NCBI GenBank assembly: GCA_963771075.1
Contig: CAVYSE010000007.1
Location: 64,001 to 128,000 of the forward strand
Direction: 5' to 3'
DNA from: a candidate division FCPU426 bacterium
Lineage (GTDB): Bacteria; Oederibacteriota; Muellerivitia; Muellerivitales; Muellerivitaceae
DNA: 64,000 nt
In this document: positions 11,388 to 23,173 of the stretch, piece by piece
Layout of the letters: every line of letters begins with the position of its first letter
Position numbering within the stretch: the stretch's first letter is position 1
Notes under the pieces: generated by a model
Databases searched by the model: none
What the model was told of the DNA's origin: nothing
Seen by the model: the letters and a program-made list of their open reading frames with translations, nothing else
Program-made: the position numbers and the translations under genes

Positions 11388-11618
11388 GTGGATTTTTCCC
11401 AATGGGGGAAGGGCCTTGTCGCAGTTGGACTGGGATTGATCCTGTTGGGCGGTTTGGCCTGGATTTCCGGGAAATGGACCTTTTTCGGCAGGCTACCCGG
11501 CGATATCCATATAGATCGGCCTTCCTTTTCTTTTTATTTTCCCCTGACGACTTGTCTTCTCTTATCCTTGGTGATCACCCTTGTCCTCTGGGTTTTTTCA
11601 AAATTCAAAGGTCCCTAA
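11388..11618 (+). CDS. DUF2905-type small membrane protein
   Basis: GRLPGDI.....FYFPLTTC signature between two TMs. Confidence 0.85.
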   Translation: MDFSQWGKGLVAVGLGLILLGGLAWISGKWTFFGRLPGDIHIDRPSFSFYFPLTTCLLLSLVITLVLWVFSKFKGP

Positions 11619-11643
11619 CGATTTCTTAAGAGGTAACATTTTT

Positions 11644-12852
11644 TTGAAACGGTTTTTTCCCCTCCTTCTCGCCTTTTTGGCCGGATGCGCCAGCTTTCCC
11701 GTGGTGACGGATTATAAAGTTCCCGAAGAAACGGTCTCCTCGCCCGTGGCGGCGACCGATGCGCCTAATCCCGACAACCGGCGAAGAATTCGCGTGGCGA
11801 TTTCCTTACGACAACCCAGCGTTAAACTCGTCGCTCCGGAGACCTTCATCCTAGAGGGTTTTCCAATGCCCCAGGCGCCCCCGTCCTTGAGCCCGGCCCC
11901 GACCCTTACCCCCACGAAACCATTGCGGGAGGCGGTGCTGACCCCATCCAAGATTGATGAGAAAGGGGCGAGGATCGAACCCTTAGGGGAGGGTGAAATC
12001 GAAGTGGATGGGATGAAGTTTCAGGGAAACATGGAGATCATCCATGATGGGGCGGGGACACTCACGGTGATCAATGATGTCGCCTTGGAGGATTATGTAA
12101 CGGGTGTGTTGGCCGGGGAGATTCCCCACGAATGGCCATTGGAGGCCTTGAAGGCCCAGGCCATCGCCGCCCGGACCTTCGCGTTCTTGAAAATGATGGA
12201 TGCGCGCCAAAAGGGGCAGAAATACGATGTTGAAAACAACGCCTTTTACCAGGTCTATCAGGGAACCGGCAAAGTGGACGATGAAATGATACGGGCGGTG
12301 AAAGAGACCCGCGGGGAGATCCTTGTTTATGGAGACCGGCCCATTGAGGCTTATTTCCACTCGAATTGCGGCGGGCATACCACGTCGGCAAAGGATGTTT
12401 GGGGAAAAGACCAACCCTATTTACGGTCCGTTTCCTGTGAATTCGGGAACAATGGGGCCCATTATCGTTGGAAAGCTTCAATCCCGATCCGGGATATCGT
12501 GCGAAAACTCAAGTCGATCGGCGTGACTCTTAGCGATGTCGTCCGCATTTCCGGATTGGATGTGGACGGCGGAGACCGGATCGTGAACCTGGATATATTA
12601 GACGCCGATGGGAGGGTTCATACCCTCAAAGCGAATGCTTTTCGCATGGCGCTGGGGCCCGACCTGGTGAAAAGCACCCATTTCAGCGCCAGGGTGGAGG
12701 GAGACAAGGTTTTATTTGACGGAAAGGGTTGGGGCCATGGGGTGGGGCTATGCCAGGAAGGCGCCCAGGGCATGGCCAATCATGGTTATGGGGCTTTCGA
12801 CATTTTGAGGCATTACTACCAGGGCATCATGATCGAGAAGATAACGGATTAA
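11644..12852 (+). CDS. SpoIID/LytB-domain lipoprotein (lytic transglycosylase-like)
   Basis: Lipobox LAGC after a TTG start (start inferred); LEDYV.GV..GE, EALKAQAIAART, GWGHGVGLCQ.GA. Confidence 0.88.
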   Translation: MKRFFPLLLAFLAGCASFPVVTDYKVPEETVSSPVAATDAPNPDNRRRIRVAISLRQPSVKLVAPETFILEGFPMPQAPPSLSPAPTLTPTKPLREAVLTPSKIDEKGARIEPLGEGEIEVDGMKFQGNMEIIHDGAGTLTVINDVALEDYVTGVLAGEIPHEWPLEALKAQAIAARTFAFLKMMDARQKGQKYDVENNAFYQVYQGTGKVDDEMIRAVKETRGEILVYGDRPIEAYFHSNCGGHTTSAKDVWGKDQPYLRSVSCEFGNNGAHYRWKASIPIRDIVRKLKSIGVTLSDVVRISGLDVDGGDRIVNLDILDADGRVHTLKANAFRMALGPDLVKSTHFSARVEGDKVLFDGKGWGHGVGLCQEGAQGMANHGYGAFDILRHYYQGIMIEKITD

Positions 12853-13123
12853 AATTTATCCGTTGATGAATTTTAGTGAGATTCAATGAACCGCATTTTG
12901 TTTCCCAAAGTTTATTCAATAAAGTATTTGTGGGGTGGTTAACCCTTTTACGAAAAGATTGATAAAGTAGGCTTGAATTGAAAAATCGCTTTTTTGCGGA
13001 AAATGTCAAATTCCATACAGAAAACTCTTATTACTTGACAGTTTTAACGGGGACAAGGTCACCTTTTTTGAGAGATTCTGAAACAAATCCCAATGATTTT
13101 ATGGTATTTTGTTCAAGTTTCTG

Positions 13124-13139
13124 TGGCATTCAACTTGCC
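13124..13139 (+). promoter_or_regulatory. Candidate sigma54 -24/-12 promoter
   Basis: TGGCATTCAACTTGCC fits the GG-N10-GC consensus (TGGCAC...TTGC), just upstream of the 13176 ATG. Confidence 0.6.
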
Positions 13140-13175
13140 ATTTAAATATGAAAAATTGCACCTGGGGGTTGGTTC

Positions 13176-16070
13176 ATGAATTCATGGCGTTATGTCGCTT
13201 TGGGGCTGTTGATTTCTGTGATCGGAGGAACCGGAATTTTCATAGGCTGTACCCGCCAGATTTCCGTCCCAACCACATTCGCTTCGAACCCCACTTCAAC
13301 CCCGACACCAATAACGTTGGCAGGTCAAAATTGGAATATCACTCTCCCCTTAGCGGCGGGGGGAACTACAACCTTCCCAGCAGTCTTAGTTGAAACCGGA
13401 ACTAATCTTACGGCTACCGCCAATATCGGCGGAGTCGGGGTCGTTACACTTTCGGGAACGGTTAATGGAAACGTTATTACCGTTTCAGGTAGTGGAATTA
13501 CCATTACAGGTACCGTTAATGCCGCTGGAAATAGCTTTACGGGCACCGACACCACATCGAATTTGACATTGGCGAATGGAGCGGCCACCGGTGTGCTTGC
13601 TCCCGCATCAACCTCCACGCCTACTTCCACCGCGACGCAAACGATAACTGCCACGTCCGCCGTAAACACCTCGACTATCACCTCAACCCCTACTCCCACC
13701 TCAACGATCACAATGACACCACTGGTGAGCTATACCTTTACCGTGACGCCAACCATTACGAATTCACCCACTAGTACCGCTTCGCTCACTTCAACCCCTA
13801 CCATCACGAGCACGCCGGGTATCACCTTGACGCCTTTCCCCGTGGGAGTTTGCGGTACCGCCCCGTCGGCTTTCCAGGCGACCTATAATTTCAACGGCGG
13901 AATCCAATGTTGGACGGCCAAGGTGGATAGCGGGACCAATTACATTTCTGGATTTGGAACCACTAACGAGGTTCAGTACAACGGCCAAAATAGCTTGGTG
14001 GTTACAGTCAACAACCCAACGGGAAGCACGGTGACGGTCAGCATTGATTTCATCATTGCCGTTGCCACAAACCAGGTTCTGACGGGCGGGTCCATCTCGG
14101 GTTATGCGATGGTCGATTCGAATTTAATGAGTGGCGGCCCGCAAGCGCAAGCCTATAACATCAGCGACGGAGTGACGCCTCCCACTTACAATTTTGATGA
14201 CGCGAACAATAATTGGCCCAATGTCTTGTCCACGGGCTGGGTTCAAACGACTCAAAGCGCCGTGGTAAACACGGATACCCAGCAGGTGGGTATCCAGGTG
14301 TTCAAAGTGACGATCCCGGCGAACTCTTCAGGCAATATTTACCTGGCGGATGTGAGTCTTAACATTCCCGCCGCGCCGACGGCGACAATGACTCCTACCG
14401 TGACTTCCACGGTGACCCAGACTGCCACTGCGATTCCCCCCAATTACGCCCTGATCGATGATTTCTTGGGAACGGGATCATCTATGTACACCGATTCAGA
14501 CAGCGTCAGCAACATCTACGCGGTTCAGGATCAGCAATTAAATTGGCGGGATGGCTATTGGTATGGAGCCTCCAGTGGAAGCTTCAGCATGGTTTTGGGT
14601 ACTGGCGGTGATCCATATAGCACCGGACATGGAATGGTTTGTTCGGGCACCTTGCTCGGCCAGGTAACGGATTACGCCCAATTTGCCTTTACCTTTACCA
14701 ACGCCACTAACCCCGGCTGTACGTCGACTGGCCATGGGAATTGCGGCGTGACGGTTTATGACGCCACTGTTAAAAATGCCTACAACGGTATCGCTTTCGA
14801 CGTCATCATGCCGACCTTGCCGAATTTGGGGTCAAATGTGAATGGGTCTAAAGCCGCCTGTTCGGCTATTAACGCGATGCCTTTGCAAGTGGATTTGGTC
14901 GATAATCAGGCGGTCACCGACCACTATTTCGCCGTTCCCATGACGACAAGCTGGCAGAGCGTTACTGTCTTCTTCAACCAGGCAATCAACCAGGGGGTGG
15001 TCGACGACCCAACTCATTTGCAGGTGATCAAGTTCGCGCCGATGAACGAGGGAACGACTGTTACCGGGCTCGGCTATAGTTTCACTTTAAATAATATTCG
15101 GCTGGTTCAGGGAACCGCCCCGGCGATGGCCGTTACGAATAAATATATCATCACGGATTTTGAAAACGGGTCCAACCTCATTCCCTGGACAGGCCCCACG
15201 GGCATTAGCACCCCAGGAGCCATTTATGTCGCGGGCGGGTGGAACAGTTCGAGCGGTGATACCCTACCGTTGCCTCCCGGAGAACCAACCGCGGATGTTC
15301 TTCCCGGCGGTGATCCATTGGCGACGGTTTGGAATACCTGTCCCATTTCCGGCGCAATCGGTGGAAGCTTCTTCCCGGCGACACCCGGACATAACGGCCT
15401 TTGGGCAGGGCATGTGATGGGGACTTTTGGCGATGAGACCAACCCCTATATCCAGCTGGGCATTAACCTGCAGAATCCACGAAACACAACGGATCTTTCG
15501 GGTTACAGCACCTTGACCTTCTGGGCCAAGGCAGGGGTTACGCCTAACGCTGCCACCCCGATGATTGTCAAATTCCCCAATGAATATACCGATCCGCAGG
15601 GTGGGGTTTGTAATAATTCAACTTATAGCGCCGCAGGTAACGGAGCCATGATTGTGGACGGAGTCGCGGATACAAACTCAAATTGCGCCAATGATCACCA
15701 GGTTGGCTTCACCCTTTCGACCACTTGGCAACAGATTACGGTTACCCTAAAAAGTAGTGGCCCGAATTACCCAACACAACAAGCCTATTGGGGTGAACCG
15801 GGGCCTGGGCCTGATAATTTGGGTACACCCGTTGACTTTGACGGTTCTAATGCCGCCACTATTACCGGGGGAGATGGTAGAGCACCTATCGCCACTGTAT
15901 ATGCTGTTTCCTTCCAAACAAACGTGCAAAGCGAAGAGTGTTGTGATGCGAACGCTACCAATTGTACGCCGTACGGATTGCCTGAAAATCAAACCTGTAC
16001 TGCCCAAGGCTTTGCTTCAAACGGCACTCCAGTGGACTTCTGGATCGATGATGTAACACTCGCGCCATAA
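13176..16070 (+). CDS. Large Thr-rich surface lipoprotein with carbohydrate-binding-like (jelly-roll) modules
   Basis: Signal peptide ending IGC, TPT linkers, one ~185-aa module shared with the next gene, further CBM11/CIA30-like domains (LIDDF, DLSGYSTLTFWAK, FWIDDV). Confidence 0.75.
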   Translation: MNSWRYVALGLLISVIGGTGIFIGCTRQISVPTTFASNPTSTPTPITLAGQNWNITLPLAAGGTTTFPAVLVETGTNLTATANIGGVGVVTLSGTVNGNVITVSGSGITITGTVNAAGNSFTGTDTTSNLTLANGAATGVLAPASTSTPTSTATQTITATSAVNTSTITSTPTPTSTITMTPLVSYTFTVTPTITNSPTSTASLTSTPTITSTPGITLTPFPVGVCGTAPSAFQATYNFNGGIQCWTAKVDSGTNYISGFGTTNEVQYNGQNSLVVTVNNPTGSTVTVSIDFIIAVATNQVLTGGSISGYAMVDSNLMSGGPQAQAYNISDGVTPPTYNFDDANNNWPNVLSTGWVQTTQSAVVNTDTQQVGIQVFKVTIPANSSGNIYLADVSLNIPAAPTATMTPTVTSTVTQTATAIPPNYALIDDFLGTGSSMYTDSDSVSNIYAVQDQQLNWRDGYWYGASSGSFSMVLGTGGDPYSTGHGMVCSGTLLGQVTDYAQFAFTFTNATNPGCTSTGHGNCGVTVYDATVKNAYNGIAFDVIMPTLPNLGSNVNGSKAACSAINAMPLQVDLVDNQAVTDHYFAVPMTTSWQSVTVFFNQAINQGVVDDPTHLQVIKFAPMNEGTTVTGLGYSFTLNNIRLVQGTAPAMAVTNKYIITDFENGSNLIPWTGPTGISTPGAIYVAGGWNSSSGDTLPLPPGEPTADVLPGGDPLATVWNTCPISGAIGGSFFPATPGHNGLWAGHVMGTFGDETNPYIQLGINLQNPRNTTDLSGYSTLTFWAKAGVTPNAATPMIVKFPNEYTDPQGGVCNNSTYSAAGNGAMIVDGVADTNSNCANDHQVGFTLSTTWQQITVTLKSSGPNYPTQQAYWGEPGPGPDNLGTPVDFDGSNAATITGGDGRAPIATVYAVSFQTNVQSEECCDANATNCTPYGLPENQTCTAQGFASNGTPVDFWIDDVTLAP

Positions 16071-16087
16071 TTAATTGTTGTTAGTCG

Positions 16088-16122
16088 AAAGCCCGTCTCG
16101 AATCGAGGCGGGCTTTTTTTTT
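16088..16122 (+). terminator. Rho-independent terminator
   Basis: AAAGCCCGTCTCG-AAT-CGAGGCGGGCTTT followed by a T-run. Confidence 0.85.
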
Positions 16123-16268
16123 GGCCAATTCGTTTGAACCAAAAGGATGTAGGCGAGAGAGGTTTCTGCAACCCCAAAATGGCGTAATGAGTTTTACGTT
16201 TAATAGCGAAATGTCAAAATCAGTGCCCACTCTAGGTAGTGTCGTAATAGTGGCAAGAAGAGTTAGGC

Positions 16269-16444
16269 CTCAACTTTGGCAAATTCAGCCTGGACACACA
16301 ATGTCTCCCCCTCTGAAAGAGGGGGAACAAGGGGGAGTTAGCCTTTTCTTGCCGCTTTCCCAAAGACTAATACCCCCCTATCCCCTTTTTCAAAGGGGGA
16401 AATTGATCTTCACGGCGTGTCTTTCAAGATTTGCCAAAGTTGAG
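16269..16444. mobile_element. MITE copy 2 (176 bp)
   Basis: Same 16-bp TIRs as copy 1, with a perfect 6-bp target duplication TTAGGC on both sides. Confidence 0.85.
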
Positions 16445-16630
16445 TTAGGCGATGAATCGGGTCATTTTTGTCAGAATTGATTGGAACCCATTGCATAAAA
16501 GTCATTGCATTTAATGCCTGTTTTTTGAGATTTAGCGAGGCAGAGTTTGGGAAATGGTAGTAAAATTTAAAGCAATGTTGGCAGGTTGAAGGTTTAAACA
16601 AATATCTTGTTCATACACTTTGGGGGAATC

Positions 16631-19600
16631 ATGAGACGCATTCAAGTGATTGGTTTGTCCGCAGCCGTTATCCTGATGGCCGCTTTCGTTGGCTGCAACA
16701 GATCGATCGGCGTTTCACCCACCATGATCGCCCCCCCCGCTCCGACTTCCACTCCCATCGCCTTTTCATCGGGTATTTGGAATATTATTCTTCCGACTGC
16801 GGGAGGCCCCGCGACCTATCCGGCAAATATCATTGAGGGCGGTTCCGTCCTGAACGCAACGGTGACGATTGGCGGTGTAGGTTATTTATTGACAGGTTCA
16901 ATTTCGGGAGCTTCGATTACCTTGTCTGGAAATGGCATTTTAATAACGGGGACTACCACGGGCACATCCATCACCGGGACGGAAAAATATACGGGAACCG
17001 GGTTAGGCCTTTCGAACGGACCAGCTTCTGGGGTCTATGTTGGTTCCGGTTCTGCCCAAACCTCCACCTTTACCCAAACCATTACCGCTTCCTTTACCGC
17101 AACCCCTTCCCTGACGAATACCCTGACGCCGACTCCAACCGGGGCGAAGACCGTTACACCTTCCCCTACAAACACCAATGTTTCAACCGGCACGTGGACA
17201 GTTACGATTCTTCCAACTGGTACTTCCACTTTTTCACCAACCCTGACCGGCACCAATACCCAAGTGCCAGTCCTCAGTTTTACCTATACCTTAACGCCTA
17301 CCCCGACCGGGACAAGCACAGTGACGGCCACCACTACTCCTACCATCACGATCACCAGCACTCCGGGAATCACCCTGACGCCTTACCCCGTGGGAGTTTG
17401 CGGTACCGCCCCGTCGGCCTTCCAGGGAAACTATAATTTCAACTCGGGTATCCAGTGCTGGACGGCCAAGGTGGATAGCGGGACCAACTACATTACCGGT
17501 TTTGGAACCACTAACGAGGTTCAGTACAACGGCCAAAACAGCTTGGTTGTTTCCGTCAACAATCCCACAGGAAGCACGGTGACGGTCAGCATTGATTTCA
17601 TCATTGCCATTGCCACAAACCAGGTTTTGACGGGCGGGTCCATCTCGGGTTACGCGATGGTCGATTCGAATTTAATGAGTGGCGGCCCCCAAGCGCAGGC
17701 CTATAACATCAGCGATGGAGTGACGCCTCCCACTTACAATTTTGATGACGCGAACAATAATTGGCCCAATGTCTTGTCCACGGGTTGGGTTCAAACGACT
17801 CAAAGCGCCGTAGTAAACACGGATACCCAGCAAGTGGGTATCCAGGTGTTCAAGGTGGCGATCCCGGCGGGTCAATCCGGCAACATTTACCTTGCGGATG
17901 TGACCATTAATGCCCCGACGATTCCCACTAATACCATAACCGCGACACCCACCCAAACGCCTACTATCACCCAAACGCCTACAACCACACCAACGGTCAC
18001 TATCACGAGTACGCCGGGCATTACCCTGACGCCTTACCCCGTGGGAGTTTGCGGCACCGCCCCGTCGGCCTTCCAGGCGAACTATAATTTCAACTCAGGT
18101 ATCCAGTGTTGGACGGCCAAGGTGGACAGCGGGACCAATTACATCACCGGTTTCGGTACCACTAATGAGGTTCAGTACAACGGCCAAAATACCTTGGTTG
18201 TTTCCGTCAACAATCCCACTGGGAGCACGGTGACGGTCAGTATTGATTTCATCATTGCCATCGCCACAAACCAGGTTCTGACGGGCGGGTCTATCTCGGG
18301 TTACGCGATGGTAGATTCGAATTTAATGAGTGGCGGCCCCCAAGCGCAGGCATACAACATCAGCGATGGAGTGACGCCTCCCACTTACAATTTTGATGAC
18401 GCGAACAATAATTGGCCCAACGTCTTGTCCACGGGCTGGGTTCAAACGACTCAAAGCGCGGTGGTGAACACGGAAACCCAGCAGGTGGGTATCCAAGTGT
18501 TCAAGGTGGCGATCCCAGCGGGTCAGTCTGGCAACATTTACCTGGCGGACGTGAACATCAATATACCGACAGTTTCAACACCAACGGCTACCGCGACCCC
18601 GACATTAACATCCACGCCGACCGCGACTATCACCAGCACTCCGGGAATCACCTTAACGCCTTACGCGAACGTAACGCCCTGCGCGGTCGCCCCGGCCGTG
18701 TTCCAAGCAAACTACAACTTTACTTCCGGCACCCAGTGTTGGACAGCCAAGGTGGACAGCGGTACCAATTACATCACCGGGTTTGGAACCACTTCCGATA
18801 TCCAATACAACGGCCAAAATAGCTTGGTTGTTTCGGTCAACAATCCCACTGGGAGCACGGTGACGGTCAGTATTGATTTCATCATTGCCATCGCCACAAA
18901 CCAGGTTCTGACGGGCGGGTCTATCTCGGGTTACGCGATGGTAGATTCGAATTTAATGAGTGGCGGCCCCCAAGCGCAGGCATACAACATCAGCGATGGA
19001 GTGACGCCTCCCACTTACAATTTTGATGACGCGAACAATAATTGGCCCAACGTCTTGTCCACGGGCTGGGTTCAAACGACTCAAAGCGCGGTGGTGAACA
19101 CGGAAACCCAGCAGGTGGGTATCCAAGTGTTCAAGGTGGCGATTCCAGCGGGTCAGTCCGGCAACATTTATCTTGCCGACGTGAGTATTACCTCCTCGAC
19201 GATACCTACTGCGACCATTACGGCAACGCCCACTCCGACAGGCACGCCCACTCCGACAAGCACGCCCACCATGACCTCTTCGCCCACATCAACCGCCACC
19301 ATCACCAACACGCCTGGCATTACCCTGACGCCTTACCCCGTGGGAGTTTGCGGTTCAGCACCTGCCGCCTTCCTATCGAACTACAACTTCACCGCAGGCA
19401 TCCAGTGCTGGACGGCCAAGGTGGATAGCGGGACCAATTACATTACCGGTTTTGGAACCACTTCCGAAGTCCAGTACAACGGCCAAAATACTTTGGTCGT
19501 AAACGTCACCAACCCAACCGGAAGCACGGTGACGGTCAGCATTGATTTCATCATTGCCATCGCCACAAGCCAGGTCATGACGGGCGGGTCCATCTCGGGT

Positions 19601-21025
19601 TACGCGATGGTAGATTCAAATTTAACCACTGGTAGCCCGCAGGCCCAGGCTTATAACATCAGCAATGGAGTGACACCTCCCACTTACAATTTTGATGACG
19701 CGAATAACAACTGGCCTTCCATCACTTCGACGGCATTTGCCCAGGCCATTCAAAGCTCCGTGGTGAATACGAATACCCAGCAGGTAGGCATTCAGGTATT
19801 TAACGTGGCGATACCAGCGGGGCAATCCGGCAATATTTACCTCGCGGACGTGAATATCACGTCGCCTAACACGCCCACGATCACCGCGACACCTACGGTG
19901 ACCGGTACACCTACCATCACCAACACGACCATACCTGGAGCGACTGTCACAAATACCCCGACGGTCACCTCGACGAATACGACCGTTCCCGCGACGGCTT
20001 GTACGGTCCTGTTCAACGCTTGCGACACGCTTCTGGACAACGGGAATTGGACCACCACGTCGGCCAATGACGCGGCTCCGGTTATTACGAGTTCCCACTC
20101 AACCCAGGGAACAGGCGCGATTCAAGTCGATGTCACCAATCCCACGAATTACAACCAGTTCCTCAAGCTGAATTCGGTGGATCCATCGAACTGGAGCGGT
20201 GTCTCTTTCGTGCTAGTCGATGTATACGTGGATTCGACTATTCCGGCCGGGACCACTTATTGTCAATTGACCTTGGCCGCTGATACGACGGGCGGCCCTT
20301 ATGGTTCGTCCATCTGTCCTAATGCGCCCACCCTCGTTCCTGGACAGCAAACCGTTGCCATCCCCATTAATTTTTCCGCCGGGACGATTCCGGTCGGATC
20401 GCCTCTATCCGGCCTTTATTTCATCCTGAATTGCGGGGGTACCACCCCGGCCAACGCCGGGAACATCTATATCGACAATGTTCGGCTGGTTTACGCGAAT
20501 TCCAATTCTCCAGCAAACCTATGCGGCCCCGTACCGGTCTACAGCGCGAACTTCGATGATAATTCAACGGATGGCTGGGCCAAGAATAACTGGTTTTCGG
20601 GAAGTGCCGGCGAAGTGCTTAGCGTGGTCTCGCCTGGTTACCCGGGTGCGGGTTACTGCTTGAACGATTACGTGCCCTTCACTGCCGGAGGCCAACAGGA
20701 GGCCTTGGCCTATACCTTCCCAGCCGCGACGGATTTGACGGGTCGAACCCTTCAGGCTGATTTGTGGATTGATTCATCGATCAACAGCGGGTATCCGGGT
20801 GGTTACCTATTCGTGCAGAGCGGCGCTTGGATCGAAGAGCAAGGTCCCGGCAGTTGGAATAACTTGACCCCCAACGCCTGGAACCGGATTACCTTTACGC
20901 CCACTTGGACGGTTACAGCGGGTGAAGACTCCACGAATGTCCTTCAGGTCGGTGCGATCTTTTCGACGGGTTCGGGCACCATCGGTGCCGGTAATGTTAA
21001 AGTCGATAATTTCATTATTTATTAA
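16631..21025 (+). CDS. Giant Thr-rich surface lipoprotein with four tandem CBM-like modules and two further C-terminal jelly-roll-like domains
   Basis: GGGGGA RBS before ATG 16631, lipobox FVGC, 4 x ~185-aa repeats (YNF..GxQCW...GNIYLADV) separated by TPT linkers. Confidence 0.8.
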   Translation: MRRIQVIGLSAAVILMAAFVGCNRSIGVSPTMIAPPAPTSTPIAFSSGIWNIILPTAGGPATYPANIIEGGSVLNATVTIGGVGYLLTGSISGASITLSGNGILITGTTTGTSITGTEKYTGTGLGLSNGPASGVYVGSGSAQTSTFTQTITASFTATPSLTNTLTPTPTGAKTVTPSPTNTNVSTGTWTVTILPTGTSTFSPTLTGTNTQVPVLSFTYTLTPTPTGTSTVTATTTPTITITSTPGITLTPYPVGVCGTAPSAFQGNYNFNSGIQCWTAKVDSGTNYITGFGTTNEVQYNGQNSLVVSVNNPTGSTVTVSIDFIIAIATNQVLTGGSISGYAMVDSNLMSGGPQAQAYNISDGVTPPTYNFDDANNNWPNVLSTGWVQTTQSAVVNTDTQQVGIQVFKVAIPAGQSGNIYLADVTINAPTIPTNTITATPTQTPTITQTPTTTPTVTITSTPGITLTPYPVGVCGTAPSAFQANYNFNSGIQCWTAKVDSGTNYITGFGTTNEVQYNGQNTLVVSVNNPTGSTVTVSIDFIIAIATNQVLTGGSISGYAMVDSNLMSGGPQAQAYNISDGVTPPTYNFDDANNNWPNVLSTGWVQTTQSAVVNTETQQVGIQVFKVAIPAGQSGNIYLADVNINIPTVSTPTATATPTLTSTPTATITSTPGITLTPYANVTPCAVAPAVFQANYNFTSGTQCWTAKVDSGTNYITGFGTTSDIQYNGQNSLVVSVNNPTGSTVTVSIDFIIAIATNQVLTGGSISGYAMVDSNLMSGGPQAQAYNISDGVTPPTYNFDDANNNWPNVLSTGWVQTTQSAVVNTETQQVGIQVFKVAIPAGQSGNIYLADVSITSSTIPTATITATPTPTGTPTPTSTPTMTSSPTSTATITNTPGITLTPYPVGVCGSAPAAFLSNYNFTAGIQCWTAKVDSGTNYITGFGTTSEVQYNGQNTLVVNVTNPTGSTVTVSIDFIIAIATSQVMTGGSISGYAMVDSNLTTGSPQAQAYNISNGVTPPTYNFDDANNNWPSITSTAFAQAIQSSVVNTNTQQVGIQVFNVAIPAGQSGNIYLADVNITSPNTPTITATPTVTGTPTITNTTIPGATVTNTPTVTSTNTTVPATACTVLFNACDTLLDNGNWTTTSANDAAPVITSSHSTQGTGAIQVDVTNPTNYNQFLKLNSVDPSNWSGVSFVLVDVYVDSTIPAGTTYCQLTLAADTTGGPYGSSICPNAPTLVPGQQTVAIPINFSAGTIPVGSPLSGLYFILNCGGTTPANAGNIYIDNVRLVYANSNSPANLCGPVPVYSANFDDNSTDGWAKNNWFSGSAGEVLSVVSPGYPGAGYCLNDYVPFTAGGQQEALAYTFPAATDLTGRTLQADLWIDSSINSGYPGGYLFVQSGAWIEEQGPGSWNNLTPNAWNRITFTPTWTVTAGEDSTNVLQVGAIFSTGSGTIGAGNVKVDNFIIY
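17350..19860 (+). repeat. Four tandem near-identical coding repeats, period ~630-670 bp; fifth copy at ~13800-14360
   Basis: GGTGGA(T/C)AGCGG recurs at about 17470, 18121, 18751 and 19420, and at about 13922. Confidence 0.92.
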
Positions 21026-21039
21026 TAAGTAGGATAAAT

Positions 21040-21080
21040 AAAAAAAGCGGCTGCTCTTTGAGGGCGCCGCTTTTTATTTT
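21040..21080 (+). terminator. Bidirectional Rho-independent terminator
   Basis: AAAAAAAGCGGCTGCTCTTTGAGGGCGCCGCTTTTT. Confidence 0.8.
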
Positions 21081-21184
21081 ATAGGGTCGATTTAGAGTAG
21101 TTCTGTTTTCTCGGGCAAATCGGTATAACAGGTTGTTTCCCCTAATAACTTGAATTCGAAGGGTGGATATCCCACAATCCAAGT

Positions 21185-23169
<1,985 letters not shown>

Positions 23170-23173
<4 letters not shown>

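Noticed and set aside
13800..19860. Near-identical repeats as a DGR template/variable pair
   Set aside because: No reverse transcriptase in the window. The repeats are whole in-frame domains and differences are mostly synonymous, not adenine-specific.
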